Below, in pieces: positions 47,522-57,554 of a DNA stretch of 64,000 nt. Under the pieces are notes generated by a model. It searched no databases. It was not told where the DNA came from and was given only the letters and a program-made list of their open reading frames with translations. The stretch's first letter is position 1, and each line of letters starts with the position of its first letter. This DNA comes from Candidatus Omnitrophota bacterium (GTDB taxonomy: Bacteria; Omnitrophota; Gorgyraeia; Zapsychrales; Fredricksoniimonadaceae), in contig CAIVRE010000033.1 of assembly GCA_903908245.1 (NCBI GenBank), positions 18,172 through 82,171 on the forward strand. The letters are read 5' to 3'. The position numbers and the translations under genes were made by a program.

Positions 47522-48828
47522 ATATTAAAGCGGTGCAATGGCTTTATCAGGAGCTGCCGGGCCTGGTCAGCAAGGGAGTCCTCGCGCAATCGGCGGCGGA
47601 CAAGCTGCATGAGCATTACGGGGAGATCCGGGGTGCGGACAGGAAATGGTTCATTATTATTTTGTGCAGTGTTTTGGGAGCGATCCTGATCGGGCTTGGC
47701 ATTATCCTGTTGTTTGCGCACAACTGGGAAGAGCTGTCCCGTCCTGCGCGCGCGGTGCTTTCCCTGTTGCCATTGATCGTCGGGCAGGCGCTGGCGGTGT
47801 GGGTCATTGTTAAAAGGCCGGAGTCCCAGGCATTGAAAGAGGGGGTTGCGACATTTTTAAGCCTGATGGTCGGCGCTTCGCTGGCGCTGATCGCCCAGAC
47901 TTATAACATCCCCAATGATACGCCGGCCTTTATATTGACGTGGATGCTGCTCATTGTTCCTTTGGTGTATTTCATGGAGGCAACGATCCCCGCCGTGATC
48001 TATGTTATCGGTATTGCATCGTGGGCCGGGTATTTCTGGTATGAGCCGCTGAAAGGTTTCTGTTTCTGGCCGCTTTTGGCGGTTGTTATCCCTCATTTTA
48101 TCTGGTCGCTGAAGCAGGAGAAATATACCATTCGGGTGGCGATCCTGGCTTTGGTCATGGCGGTGGGTGTTTGTGTCGGGGCCGGATTTACTTTAGGCAG
48201 GACCTGGGGAGGGTCCTGGATCGTGATCCATTCGAGCCTGATCACGCTGTTTTATCTTCTGGGCGCGTGGGAGTTTAAAGATTGTTCGACGAATTGGCAA
48301 AGGCCTTTTCAGGTTTTGGGGGGTCTGGGTATTTTTATCCTGATGTTTTTCCTGACATTCCGGTTCCCGTGGGAATCGATCACGGGAAGATATTCGTATG
48401 GCGTGAATGAAATATCAACATGGTCTGCGGTCCCGGACCATCTGCTGACATTTTTGCTGGTGGGTGGCGCGTTGTTAATGTTTTTTCAATACGCCAAGAG
48501 GGAGGACTGGATGAGGACGTGCTTTGGCGCATTGCCTTTGCTCGCCCTGATCGGGTACGCCTTTTGCGGAACATCCGCGGTTTTCCCCATGTTGTTGTTC
48601 AACGGATACCTGCTTTTCGTCAGTGTTTTTCGCCTGATGACGGGAATACGGACCAATAATCTGGGTGTGGTCAATACAGGCATGCTTATGTTGTCGTTTT
48701 TGGTTTTGGCAAGATTTTTCGACAGTGATATCAATTTTATAGTTAAAGGACTGGTTTTTATTGTTATTGGCATCGGTTTTCTGGTGACCAATGTTGTGAT
48801 CTTGCGTCGTAAAGGAGGTACGGCATGA
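47518..48828 (+). CDS. Polytopic membrane protein (DUF2157-like).
   Basis: About 436 aa with many predicted TM helices. The start overlaps the upstream stop (ATGA). Family assignment is by recollection of the DUF2157/GDYXXLXY pairing. Confidence 0.4.
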   Translation: MNIKAVQWLYQELPGLVSKGVLAQSAADKLHEHYGEIRGADRKWFIIILCSVLGAILIGLGIILLFAHNWEELSRPARAVLSLLPLIVGQALAVWVIVKRPESQALKEGVATFLSLMVGASLALIAQTYNIPNDTPAFILTWMLLIVPLVYFMEATIPAVIYVIGIASWAGYFWYEPLKGFCFWPLLAVVIPHFIWSLKQEKYTIRVAILALVMAVGVCVGAGFTLGRTWGGSWIVIHSSLITLFYLLGAWEFKDCSTNWQRPFQVLGGLGIFILMFFLTFRFPWESITGRYSYGVNEISTWSAVPDHLLTFLLVGGALLMFFQYAKREDWMRTCFGALPLLALIGYAFCGTSAVFPMLLFNGYLLFVSVFRLMTGIRTNNLGVVNTGMLMLSFLVLARFFDSDINFIVKGLVFIVIGIGFLVTNVVILRRKGGTA

Positions 48829-49379
48829 AAAAATACTGGACCCTTGGTCTTTTGGCTGGTTTGATGCTGGTGCAGGTTGCGCTTCCGGTATCGATGATCG
48901 CCAAAAGAGAAACAACGCTGAAGTATGGGATGGCTTTCCGGTTTAAAACAGCGCCGGTCGATCCTTATGATGCTTTTCGCGGCCGTTATGTGGCTTTAAG
49001 GGTGGAAGTCAACAAGGTGAACAAGCCCGAGGGCCTGGAGCTGAAGTACGGGCAGAAGGTTTACGCACAGCTGTCTGTTGATGAGAACGGGTTTGCAATG
49101 ATCGCGCAGGTTGCGGTGCAGAAGCCGGGCAGGGGTGCCTATTTGGAGGCCAGGGCCGGGTATTCGCAGAGAGATGAGGTTCAGCTGGATTTGCCGATCG
49201 ACCGTTATTATATGGAAGAGAAGTCGGCTCCCCGTGCGGAGAAGGTTTACCGGGAGCACAGTGTGCGCGGCAAGCAGGATGCGTATGTGGTCGTCAGGGT
49301 CATGGATGGTTTTGCGGTCATCGAAGGGCTTTATATTGACGGCCGAAAAATAGAAGATCTGTTAAGGGCGAAGTCATGA
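48825..49379 (+). CDS. GDYXXLXY-domain-like secreted protein.
   Basis: 184 aa with a signal peptide and a C-terminal ...MDGFAVIEGLYIDG... resembling the GDYxxLxY motif. It is translationally coupled to the upstream membrane protein. Confidence 0.4.
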   Translation: MKKYWTLGLLAGLMLVQVALPVSMIAKRETTLKYGMAFRFKTAPVDPYDAFRGRYVALRVEVNKVNKPEGLELKYGQKVYAQLSVDENGFAMIAQVAVQKPGRGAYLEARAGYSQRDEVQLDLPIDRYYMEEKSAPRAEKVYREHSVRGKQDAYVVVRVMDGFAVIEGLYIDGRKIEDLLRAKS

Positions 49380-50365
49380 ATATCGGGTTTTTAAAATATT
49401 TCATCAGGCTTTTACTGGCGGCAGGCGTGAGTGTCTTCTTCGTCGTTGTGACAAGCTTCGGATGGAATTTTTTTTTGCGGCCGCGTCAGGCCATGGCGGA
49501 TGCCGGTTCAACGGCGCAGGGCCTTAAGGAGACAGTTCAATATTTAAGCGGAGAGGTCGGGGTAAGGAACAGGGCGCATTTTGATGCTTTGGAAAAAGCG
49601 GCTCAATATATCGAGCGATCGTTCCGGGAAGCGGGTTTGCCGGCAGAATCCTGGGATTACGAGGTTCAGGGGCAAAGATTCAGTAATATTGTGGCCAAAT
49701 ACAGGACTAATGATTCGCAGGACTATATTCTTGTCGGCGCTCATTATGATTCCTGTTTTAATCCGGGGGCGGATGACAATGCGTCGGGTGTAGCGGGGGT
49801 ATTGTCGCTGGCAAGGTCGTTGAAGAGGGAGCGTCTGGGGTCAAATGTTCTTTTTGTGGCGTTCACCAATGAAGAACCGCCATTCTTTCAGACGTCCGAT
49901 ATGGGAAGCCGGGTTTTTGTTCTGGCGGCGAAGGAAAGGAAGATCACGGTCAGGAGCGCTGTCATCCTGGAAATGATCGGGTTTTATTCTGACCGGTTGT
50001 TCTCTCAGAAGTATCTGCCGCTGATGGGGCCTTTTTATTCGAACCGGGGTGATTTTATTGCGGTTGTCGGCGATTTTAAGTCAAGAGGCCTGGTGGATGT
50101 TGTTGCCAGGGCGTTGCAAAAGCGCAATATGACCGGGACGGCGGCTATTGTGGCTCCAGGAGGAATGCCGGGGATCAGTTTTTCAGACCATGCTTCATTC
50201 TGGGCGGCAGGAATTCCTGCGGTCATGGTCACGGATACGGCTTATTTGCGAAATCCTTACTATCATCGGCAGACGGATACGGCGGATAAACTTGATTTCC
50301 TCAGGATGGCCGATGTTGTTGAAGGCCTTAAAGGGGCGATCGTCCGTTTAAGCGGGAAGCCTTAA
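49376..50365 (+). CDS. M28-family peptidase (aminopeptidase-like).
   Basis: ...ILVGAHYDSCFN.PGADDNASGVAGVLSLARSL... Zn-ligand motifs of the M28 family. Confidence 0.75.
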   Translation: MNIGFLKYFIRLLLAAGVSVFFVVVTSFGWNFFLRPRQAMADAGSTAQGLKETVQYLSGEVGVRNRAHFDALEKAAQYIERSFREAGLPAESWDYEVQGQRFSNIVAKYRTNDSQDYILVGAHYDSCFNPGADDNASGVAGVLSLARSLKRERLGSNVLFVAFTNEEPPFFQTSDMGSRVFVLAAKERKITVRSAVILEMIGFYSDRLFSQKYLPLMGPFYSNRGDFIAVVGDFKSRGLVDVVARALQKRNMTGTAAIVAPGGMPGISFSDHASFWAAGIPAVMVTDTAYLRNPYYHRQTDTADKLDFLRMADVVEGLKGAIVRLSGKP

Positions 50366-50375
50366 TCAAAGCGAG

Positions 50376-52658
50376 GTGTTTATGTGGACAGCGTGGATCT
50401 GGATCATATCGATCATTGCCACCATGTATATCGCGGACCAGAAAAAGATCGGGATGGCGGGGTTCGTTTGCCTGTCGGTCTTTACAGGGCCGTTGGCGGT
50501 GATCATCGCGTTGCTTGTTCCGGCGAGGAACGGGGATCCGGGGGTGTGCGGTATCAATGGCCTTGAGGGGGCGAAACAGCAATTGCATGAGGTCCGGAAT
50601 TCCTTGCGTTCTCTTGAGGCCAAAGCGAACAGGATCGAAGAGTTGATCGTAAAGCTGTCTTCGTGCGTTGACATCCCTGCGGTTGACGGGAAGGACCTTG
50701 TGCCGCCGGCGGTGGATATGCCGCTGTCAGAGCCTGGGAGCATTCAGCCGCCTGTCGGTCCGGTCAAGCGGCGGGACATGGAGCTGGATTTCGGACGCAA
50801 CTGGCTGAGCAAGATCGGGATCGCTGTCCTGGCATTGGGGGTCGCGTTCCTTATCAGCTATTCGTTCAAATATTTCGGGCCGTTCCTGAAGATCGCGTTT
50901 GGTTATGTGGTCGGCGGCGCGCTTTTTGTCACCGGGCTCAGGCTGGAGGGGAAGGAACGGCTCAGGAATTTCGGCCGGGCTCTTCTGGGCGGCGCGTGGG
51001 CCATTATTTATTTTACGACGTATGCGATGTATCATTTCGAGGCCTCACGGATCGTCACAAGCCAGGGGGCGGATGTATGCCTGTTGGCCCTGGTGGTGGC
51101 GGGGATGATGGCGCATGTCTGGAAATACCAGTCGGAACGGATGATGTCGGTGGTGCTTTTTGTGGCGTATTTAACGTCAACTATCGGACAGATCTCCATG
51201 TTCACCCTTGTGAGTTTATTGTTCCTGGCCGTTCTGGTATTGTTCCTGGTCTATCGGTTCCAATGGGTCAAGACGCTTTCGATCGGGATCATTTTGACTT
51301 ATGGGATCCACGTGGTCTGGGTTGTCCCCAATCTTCTTTCTTCGGCAAGGGGAGGCATGCCTTTTGGGCTGGCGGCATCCGATTATTACGTGTTCATGAA
51401 TTTTATTTTCCTCTCGTGTTACTGGGCCGTTTTTTTCGCCGGGGTCCATGTTGTGAAAGCTGTCAAGGACCCGGCCCTTGAACGGTCGCTGGCGGTGACG
51501 AATTTTGCCAATATTGCGGCCTACAGCATTTTGGCGTATCCTTTGATCCTGAAATTGTTTGATGTCCAGCGTTCGGTGGTTGTTTTTGTCGCCGGGCTGC
51601 TTTACCTGGCGTGTGCTGGCTGGATGAAGAAATGCGAACGGCCAAAAATGTTCGTGAGTGATATTGTTGCCGCCGTCTTTGCCATGACCTTTGCGGTCGC
51701 GCTGAAGTTCCTGCCGGCCACGACATTGCTTGTATGGATGATCGAGGTCCCGTTCCTTCTGTTTATCGGCGTGAATTTCAAGGAAAAGATCTTCCGTTAT
51801 TGCAGTTATGCCCTGGCGGGGATCGTTGCGTTGAGGCTTGTGTTCCTGGGATCCCGGTTTATGCCGGAGGTGTATTTCCTGGGGGTCGCCTGGGCCTGGT
51901 ACGGGTTCATGTGTTTTTGGGCCAGCATATCGATGGCGGTATGTTTTTATTTGACCAGGACAATGAAGGCGGATCCGCAAACCAATGAGTGGGACGTTGC
52001 GTTCGATCATTTGTTTTCGTTCGCCGCCGCGTTTTACTTTTCATTCTGGGTCTGGTCGTGGGTGAGCCAGCCCTGGACCGCTTTTTCGGTATTGATGCAG
52101 GGTATTGTGCTGACGGGGATCGGAGTTATTCTGGGGTTGAGGCGGTTTCGGGTGTATGCTTATCTGGCGATGCTGGCCGGCGCGGTGATCTTCCTTCTGG
52201 AGGCAGTTATGCCGGCGAGCGATATGTTGAAATGGCTGATCGTCAGCGGCAATGTGCTGACGATGTTCGGGTTTTACGGCGCGGTTAAACGCATAAAACA
52301 GAAGAGGCCGGCGGAATTGTTCTTTGAAGGGGAAGCCGGGCTGGCGCTTGTGGCCGGGCTTATTGTTCTGGTGGCGGCTGTTTACCAGTATGTTCCGTCG
52401 CAATGGGATTCGCTGTGCCTTGGGTTTGCCAGCGTTGCCGTGATATTGACAGGATTTTTTGACGGGAACAAGACGGAGCGGATGGGGGGAATGGCCTTGC
52501 TGGCGCTGACCCTTGGGCAGGTGGTCCTTGTTGACCTGTCGGGCCTGGATATTGTTTTCAAGATCATTACGCTCATCGTCCTGGGCGTTCTGTTTTTAGG
52601 GGTTTCTTATATTTATAACCGGTTTAGCGAGGAGCGTCATGACGATCCTGGGGCTTAA
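50376..52658 (+). CDS. Large polytopic membrane protein (DUF2339-like), with an N-terminal coiled-coil.
   Basis: 760 aa. A short N-terminal TM pair is followed by a coiled-coil (about 65-110) and then more than 20 predicted TM helices. Confidence 0.4.
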   Translation: MFMWTAWIWIISIIATMYIADQKKIGMAGFVCLSVFTGPLAVIIALLVPARNGDPGVCGINGLEGAKQQLHEVRNSLRSLEAKANRIEELIVKLSSCVDIPAVDGKDLVPPAVDMPLSEPGSIQPPVGPVKRRDMELDFGRNWLSKIGIAVLALGVAFLISYSFKYFGPFLKIAFGYVVGGALFVTGLRLEGKERLRNFGRALLGGAWAIIYFTTYAMYHFEASRIVTSQGADVCLLALVVAGMMAHVWKYQSERMMSVVLFVAYLTSTIGQISMFTLVSLLFLAVLVLFLVYRFQWVKTLSIGIILTYGIHVVWVVPNLLSSARGGMPFGLAASDYYVFMNFIFLSCYWAVFFAGVHVVKAVKDPALERSLAVTNFANIAAYSILAYPLILKLFDVQRSVVVFVAGLLYLACAGWMKKCERPKMFVSDIVAAVFAMTFAVALKFLPATTLLVWMIEVPFLLFIGVNFKEKIFRYCSYALAGIVALRLVFLGSRFMPEVYFLGVAWAWYGFMCFWASISMAVCFYLTRTMKADPQTNEWDVAFDHLFSFAAAFYFSFWVWSWVSQPWTAFSVLMQGIVLTGIGVILGLRRFRVYAYLAMLAGAVIFLLEAVMPASDMLKWLIVSGNVLTMFGFYGAVKRIKQKRPAELFFEGEAGLALVAGLIVLVAAVYQYVPSQWDSLCLGFASVAVILTGFFDGNKTERMGGMALLALTLGQVVLVDLSGLDIVFKIITLIVLGVLFLGVSYIYNRFSEERHDDPGA

Positions 52659-52875
52659 GAATGGCGAAGCGTTCATTGTCAGGCGGGTAACGATCTCAAG
52701 AGAGATCGGCAAGCGGCTGGCGGATATGGGATTTGTCCGCGGGGCAAAAGGGCGCATTGTCCGAAGCGCAATGCTGGGGGACCCTATCCAGGTCAAGATA
52801 TGCGAGTATGATGTTTCGATCCGCCGGTCCGAAGCGGATGGCATTGAGGTTGAGATGGTAGAGGAGAAAAAATGA
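52639..52875 (+). CDS. feoA: Ferrous iron transport protein A.
   Basis: 78 aa SH3-like FeoA, ...GEAFIVRRV....IGKRLADMG...G..I.V... Confidence 0.7.
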   Translation: MTILGLKNGEAFIVRRVTISREIGKRLADMGFVRGAKGRIVRSAMLGDPIQVKICEYDVSIRRSEADGIEVEMVEEKK

Positions 52876-54914
52876 ACAGGGTGATCACGATCGCGTTGGC
52901 CGGGAATCCCAATACCGGCAAGACCACGATCTTTAATTCCATGACCGGCAGCCACCAGAAGGTCGGGAATTACGCCGGGGTTACGGTGGAGAAAAGGGAA
53001 GGCCGGCGGAAATACAAGGGGTATGATTTTCATATCCATGACCTTCCCGGTGTTTACAGCCTGACCGCCTATTCGATGGATGAAGTGGTGGCCAGGGATT
53101 TCATTATTAATGAAAAGCCGGACGTGGTGATCGATGTTCTTGATTCAACCAATATTGAACGGAATTTATACCTTTGCCTTCAGTTCCAGGAGCTGAATGT
53201 CCCGATCGTTGCGGCGTTGAACTTGAATGATGAAGCCGTCAGCCGCGGCATTCAGATCGACGAGAAAAGGCTGTCCGAGATCCTGCGGATGCCGGTGATC
53301 AAAACGATCGGTAAGAACGGGGCCGGTGTTGAGGCTCTCCTGGATAAAGCTGTCGAAGTTTTTGAGCGGAAAGAAAAGCCGGATTATGAGGTCAGTTACG
53401 GGCATGAGCTGGAGGGGGATATTCAGGTCGTGATCGCGTCCCTGGAAAAGGATGGAGCCTTCTGCGCACGTTATCCGGTGCGCTGGTGTGCGGTCAAGTT
53501 GATCGAAAAAGACGCACGCGCGGAAGAGCTCCTTGAGTCGCATGCTTTTGCCGATGGCGTTAAGGCGGCCCTGAAAGAACGGGTGCGGCGTATTGAGGAG
53601 CATTTTGGGCGTGACGCATCGACCGTGGTTTCCGAGCAGCGTTACGGATATATTCATGGGGCCACGGCAGAGGCGGTGACACGGAGGCCGGTTGACAAGC
53701 AAACGGTCACTGAAAAGATCGACCGGGTCCTTATGGACCGGGTCCTGGGGTTCCCTCTTTTTCTTTTGATCCTCTGGCTGGTCTTTCAGACAACGTTTAC
53801 GCTGGGCGCTTATCCGATGGGCTGGATCGAAATGTTTTTTGGCGGATTAAGTTCCGTGGCGACGGCGTTTATTCCGGAGGGTATCCTGCGTTCGCTGGTG
53901 GTCGACGGGGTTATTGCCGGCGTGGGGGGCGTGTCGTCCTTTATCCCTCTTATTGTCCTGTTGTTCATGTTCATTTCCATTCTTGAGGATTCCGGCTATA
54001 TGTCACGCGCGGCGTTCATTATGGACAAGTTCCTGCATATTTTTGGATTGCACGGCCAGTCATTCCTGCCGATGATCGTGGGAGTCGGCTGTTCTGTCCC
54101 GGCCGTGATGGCGGCGAGGACCCTTAAGAACGCGCGCGACCGGATCATTACCGTTATGGTGACGCCATTTATGAGCTGTGGCGCCAAGCTGCCGGTGTAT
54201 GTGTTATTGGCGGGGGCGTTCTTTCCCAGGTATGCGGGTACTGTCGTTCTGTCCATGTATGTCGTGGGCACTTTACTGGCGCTTTTTTCATCACTGCTTT
54301 TTCGGAAGACTGTTTTGCGCGGAGAATCAACGCCGTTCGTGATGGAGTTGCCGCCTTATCGTTTGCCGACGGTCAAGGGTATCCTGTGGCATGTTCGCGA
54401 GAAAACGTTCGGCTATCTGAAAAAAGCCGGGCTGGTCCTTCTTCCGGCATCCATGCTGATCTGGGCGGTGACATCTTTTCCGAAGCCTGCATTGGACGTG
54501 CCGAAAGATGTGCAGATGGCTCAAAGTTACGCCGGGAAGATCGGCAAAGAAATGGCTCCGGTCCTTGCTCCGATCGGATTTGACTGGAAGATCGGCATTG
54601 CGGCCATTACCGGTTTTGCGGCCAAGGAGATGGTGGTGTCAACGATGGGCGTGCTTTATCGGGTAGAAGCCGGGCCTGATCGGAAATCCGACAGCTTGCG
54701 TGAAGCCTTGCGGCGGGACCCTGCGTTTAGTCCGCTGGTGGCTTATGTCCTTATGTTATTTATGTTGATCGTTGTTCCGTGCTTTGCCTCGCTGTCTGTT
54801 ATTTACGCGGAGATCGGCTGGCGCTGGCTTCTGTTCGCCGTCACTTACTGGACAGCGTTGGCATGGTTATTATGTTTCATTGTTTTTCAAACAGGGCGCC
54901 TACTGGGGTTCTAG
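52872..54914 (+). CDS. feoB: Ferrous iron transport protein B.
   Basis: 680 aa with an N-terminal G-domain (ALAGNPNTGKTTIFN) and C-terminal gate/permease TM regions. Confidence 0.9.
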   Translation: MNRVITIALAGNPNTGKTTIFNSMTGSHQKVGNYAGVTVEKREGRRKYKGYDFHIHDLPGVYSLTAYSMDEVVARDFIINEKPDVVIDVLDSTNIERNLYLCLQFQELNVPIVAALNLNDEAVSRGIQIDEKRLSEILRMPVIKTIGKNGAGVEALLDKAVEVFERKEKPDYEVSYGHELEGDIQVVIASLEKDGAFCARYPVRWCAVKLIEKDARAEELLESHAFADGVKAALKERVRRIEEHFGRDASTVVSEQRYGYIHGATAEAVTRRPVDKQTVTEKIDRVLMDRVLGFPLFLLILWLVFQTTFTLGAYPMGWIEMFFGGLSSVATAFIPEGILRSLVVDGVIAGVGGVSSFIPLIVLLFMFISILEDSGYMSRAAFIMDKFLHIFGLHGQSFLPMIVGVGCSVPAVMAARTLKNARDRIITVMVTPFMSCGAKLPVYVLLAGAFFPRYAGTVVLSMYVVGTLLALFSSLLFRKTVLRGESTPFVMELPPYRLPTVKGILWHVREKTFGYLKKAGLVLLPASMLIWAVTSFPKPALDVPKDVQMAQSYAGKIGKEMAPVLAPIGFDWKIGIAAITGFAAKEMVVSTMGVLYRVEAGPDRKSDSLREALRRDPAFSPLVAYVLMLFMLIVVPCFASLSVIYAEIGWRWLLFAVTYWTALAWLLCFIVFQTGRLLGF

Positions 54915-54916
54915 CG

Positions 54917-55078
54917 ATGGCATGGGCTGTTATTGAAAAGATCATTGTTGCGGTCCTGCTGATGGCGTCGGCATCCTATTTGGGATGGCGGGCGTACAGG
55001 TCCGTGTTCAAGAAGAACTCCGATGGTTGTATTTGTGACGGGTGCCCCTCCTCTGCTTCCTGCAGCAAGAAGAAGTAA
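54917..55078 (+). CDS. FeoB-associated Cys-rich small membrane protein.
   Basis: Hand-translated 53 aa: MAWAVIEKIIVAVLLMASASYLGWRAYRSVFKKNSDGCICDGCPSSASCSKKK, one TM helix plus a C-terminal CxCxxC...C cluster. It starts 3 nt after the feoB stop. Confidence 0.45.
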   Translation: MAWAVIEKIIVAVLLMASASYLGWRAYRSVFKKNSDGCICDGCPSSASCSKKK

Positions 55079-55166
55079 TGCCTTTGGCAGATTTTAATCA
55101 ATTGACAGGGAAATCTTTCAGAGTAAGATTGTTATGCACCATAGTGCATAACTTCAGGGAGGCCTT

Positions 55167-55505
55167 GTGAGACCGAAGAAGACCAGATGGGTTAAGTGTT
55201 TGCCGGGCGAACGGTGTTTTCGTCCCAAGTGCAAGAAACCGGGGGAGTTGGACGGTGTTGTATTGACCATGGATGAGTTTGAAGCGATCCGTCTGGCTGA
55301 TCTTGAGGAGCTTACGCATGCGCAGGCGGCTGAATTGATGAAAGTCTCCCGTTCAACATTTACAAGGATACTCGCCAGGGCACATATGAAGGTGGCGGAT
55401 GGTTTGGTTAATATTAAGGCCATTAAGATCGAAGGCGGGTGTTGCAAGGTTTCAGGAGGGGCTAGAAATGAGCAAGTCTTCAACAAAAGAATTATCGTTC
55501 CTTGA
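55167..55505 (+). CDS. DUF134/UPF0251-like predicted DNA-binding protein; possible regulator of the downstream ars genes.
   Basis: 112 aa, ...[40 protein letters not shown]... (sigma-70 region-4-like HTH). Its 3' end overlaps the ACR3 start by about 38 nt. Confidence 0.4.
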   Translation: MRPKKTRWVKCLPGERCFRPKCKKPGELDGVVLTMDEFEAIRLADLEELTHAQAAELMKVSRSTFTRILARAHMKVADGLVNIKAIKIEGGCCKVSGGARNEQVFNKRIIVP

Positions 55506-56529
55506 TCGTTACCTGACGCTGTGGATACTTCTGGCCATGGGGATCGGCGTGGGCGTTGGCTTCTTCACACCGGGGATCGCGGGATTTTGGGATCAGTTTC
55601 AGTCAGGATCGACCAATATCCCTATTGCCATTGGACTTATTCTGATGATGTATCCGCCGCTGGCCAAGGTGAAGTATGAAGAGCTGGGGGATGTGTTCAA
55701 GGATTATAAGATGCTGATTCTTTCGCTTGTGCAGAATTGGGTGATCGGGCCGATCTTGATGTTCATTCTGGCGATCGTATGCTTGCGTGGCTATCCGGAA
55801 TATATGGTTGGATTGATCCTGATCGGGCTTGCGCGGTGTATTGCAATGGTCATTGTGTGGAATGATCTGGCTGACGGAGATACAGAGTATTGTGCGGGGC
55901 TGGTGGCATTTAATGCTGTTTTTCAGGTTTTGTTTTTTTCAGTGTATGCGTGGGTCTTTATTACGATCCTGCCTGGCTGGTTCGGCCTTAAGGGCGCTGT
56001 TGTGAATATTACGATCCTCCAGATCGCGAAGAGTGTTTTTATTTATCTGGGGATCCCTTTTCTGGCAGGAATGATCTCAAGGGTTGTTTTGCTCAGGTTA
56101 AAAGGCAGGGCATGGTATGAGCAGGTGTTCATTCCGTGCATTAGTCCGATGACTTTGATCGCGCTCCTTTTTACGATCTTCGTGATGTTCTCAATCAAGG
56201 GAGAGTATATCGTGAAGATCCCGATGGATGTGCTGCGTATTGCGTGGCCATTGCTGATCTATTTTGTGGTGATGTTCTTCTTTTCATTCTGGATGAGCCG
56301 GAAAGCCGGGGCGGATCACGGTAAGTCCGTGACCTTGTCTTTTACTGCTGCCAGCAATAACTTTGAGTTGGCTATCGCCGTGGCTATTGCGGTATTTGGT
56401 ATAAATTCAGGAGTGGCTTTTGCTGCGGTCATTGGGCCTCTGATCGAAGTTCCGGTGATGTTGCTCCTGGTTAACGTGGCAAGGGCCTTTCAAAAGAAGG
56501 CGGAGTTTGTCCAATCGTGTTGTTCGTAA
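55468..56529 (+). CDS. arsB: ACR3-family arsenite efflux transporter.
   Basis: [33 protein letters not shown]... 10-TM ACR3 fold. RBS AGGAGGGG precedes the ATG at 55468. Confidence 0.8.
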   Translation: MSKSSTKELSFLDRYLTLWILLAMGIGVGVGFFTPGIAGFWDQFQSGSTNIPIAIGLILMMYPPLAKVKYEELGDVFKDYKMLILSLVQNWVIGPILMFILAIVCLRGYPEYMVGLILIGLARCIAMVIVWNDLADGDTEYCAGLVAFNAVFQVLFFSVYAWVFITILPGWFGLKGAVVNITILQIAKSVFIYLGIPFLAGMISRVVLLRLKGRAWYEQVFIPCISPMTLIALLFTIFVMFSIKGEYIVKIPMDVLRIAWPLLIYFVVMFFFSFWMSRKAGADHGKSVTLSFTAASNNFELAIAVAIAVFGINSGVAFAAVIGPLIEVPVMLLLVNVARAFQKKAEFVQSCCS

Positions 56530-56540
56530 AGAGGTGACCT

Positions 56541-56963
56541 ATGGCAAAGGAAAAGGTTCTGTTCGTTTGTATCCATAATTCGGCCAGAAGTCAGATGGCC
56601 GAGGAGTTGTTGCGTAAGTTGGGCGGGGACAAGTTTGATGTCGAGAGCGCCGGCATTGAACCGGGGAAGCTGAATCCGGTCGTCATTGAAGTACTAAAGG
56701 AGATCGGCATCGATATTACCGGCAAGAAGACCCAGTCCGTCATGGATCTTCTCAAGCAAGGCAGGCTTTACAGTTATGTGATCACGGTTTGCGACGAAAC
56801 CAGCGCCGAGCGTTGCCCGGTATTTCCCGGCTCTGCCAAGAGGCTGCACTGGGGATTCATTGATCCGTCAAAGTTCGATGGGGCTCCGGAAGAGAAACTG
56901 GAAAGGACAAGGGTTGTTCGTGACCAGATCAGGCAAAAGATCGTTGACTGGCTTAAGTCATGA
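56541..56963 (+). CDS. arsC: Arsenate reductase, LMW-PTPase family (thioredoxin-coupled ArsC).
   Basis: 140 aa with the CX5R P-loop VLFVCIHNSARSQMAE and downstream Cys residues (CDE...C). Confidence 0.8.
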   Translation: MAKEKVLFVCIHNSARSQMAEELLRKLGGDKFDVESAGIEPGKLNPVVIEVLKEIGIDITGKKTQSVMDLLKQGRLYSYVITVCDETSAERCPVFPGSAKRLHWGFIDPSKFDGAPEEKLERTRVVRDQIRQKIVDWLKS

Positions 56964-57062
56964 TCGGGGGGCAATTCGTGCGGGCGTATGTTAAGATTGC
57001 CGAGGCGTTAATATAAGGAAAAATGTTGAAGGTTAATTGTCCGAGATTGAAGGAGAAATTCA

Positions 57063-57410
57063 ATGTCAGTTGAGAAAGCTAAGGCGCATTATATAGGGAA
57101 ACCGGGGTATAATAAACTCAATTGTGCCCAGACGATCGTGCACGCGTTTAAAGACGAATTTGCATTGTCTCCAAGCGTAGTGGAGCAGTGCGCCACCTGT
57201 AGCGGTGGTCGTGCGCCGGATGGAGAATGCGGCGCGTTGTATGCTGCAAGAATTCTTCTTGAAAAGCGTGACCCTGTGCAGATCCGTCATTGCGAGAGCG
57301 TGTTGTTGTCTGCTGCCGGGTCGACGAAGTGCCGCGAGATCCGGGCCGCAAAGAAATTGTCATGCGTTGGGTGTGTGGAAACGATCGCGCAGTGCATTGA
57401 AAAGGCTTAA
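57063..57410 (+). CDS. Small Cys-rich protein (possibly C_GCAxxG_C_C-family-like).
   Basis: 115 aa with Cys at conserved spacing (NCAQTIV...CATCSGG...ECGALYAARIL...CVGCVETIAQC). Confidence 0.35.
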   Translation: MSVEKAKAHYIGKPGYNKLNCAQTIVHAFKDEFALSPSVVEQCATCSGGRAPDGECGALYAARILLEKRDPVQIRHCESVLLSAAGSTKCREIRAAKKLSCVGCVETIAQCIEKA

Positions 57411-57554
57411 GGATGTCGCTTGAGGAGGCAGTGGTCGATGCGGGCGCGTCTAGGTCATTTCTGTTTTTGTTCTTTACCGGAACGCTGTTTTTGCTATATA
57501 CTTCTACATGTAGTCGGTAAAATTTCTCGGTGAAAAATTTTAAAGGGGAGAGAT

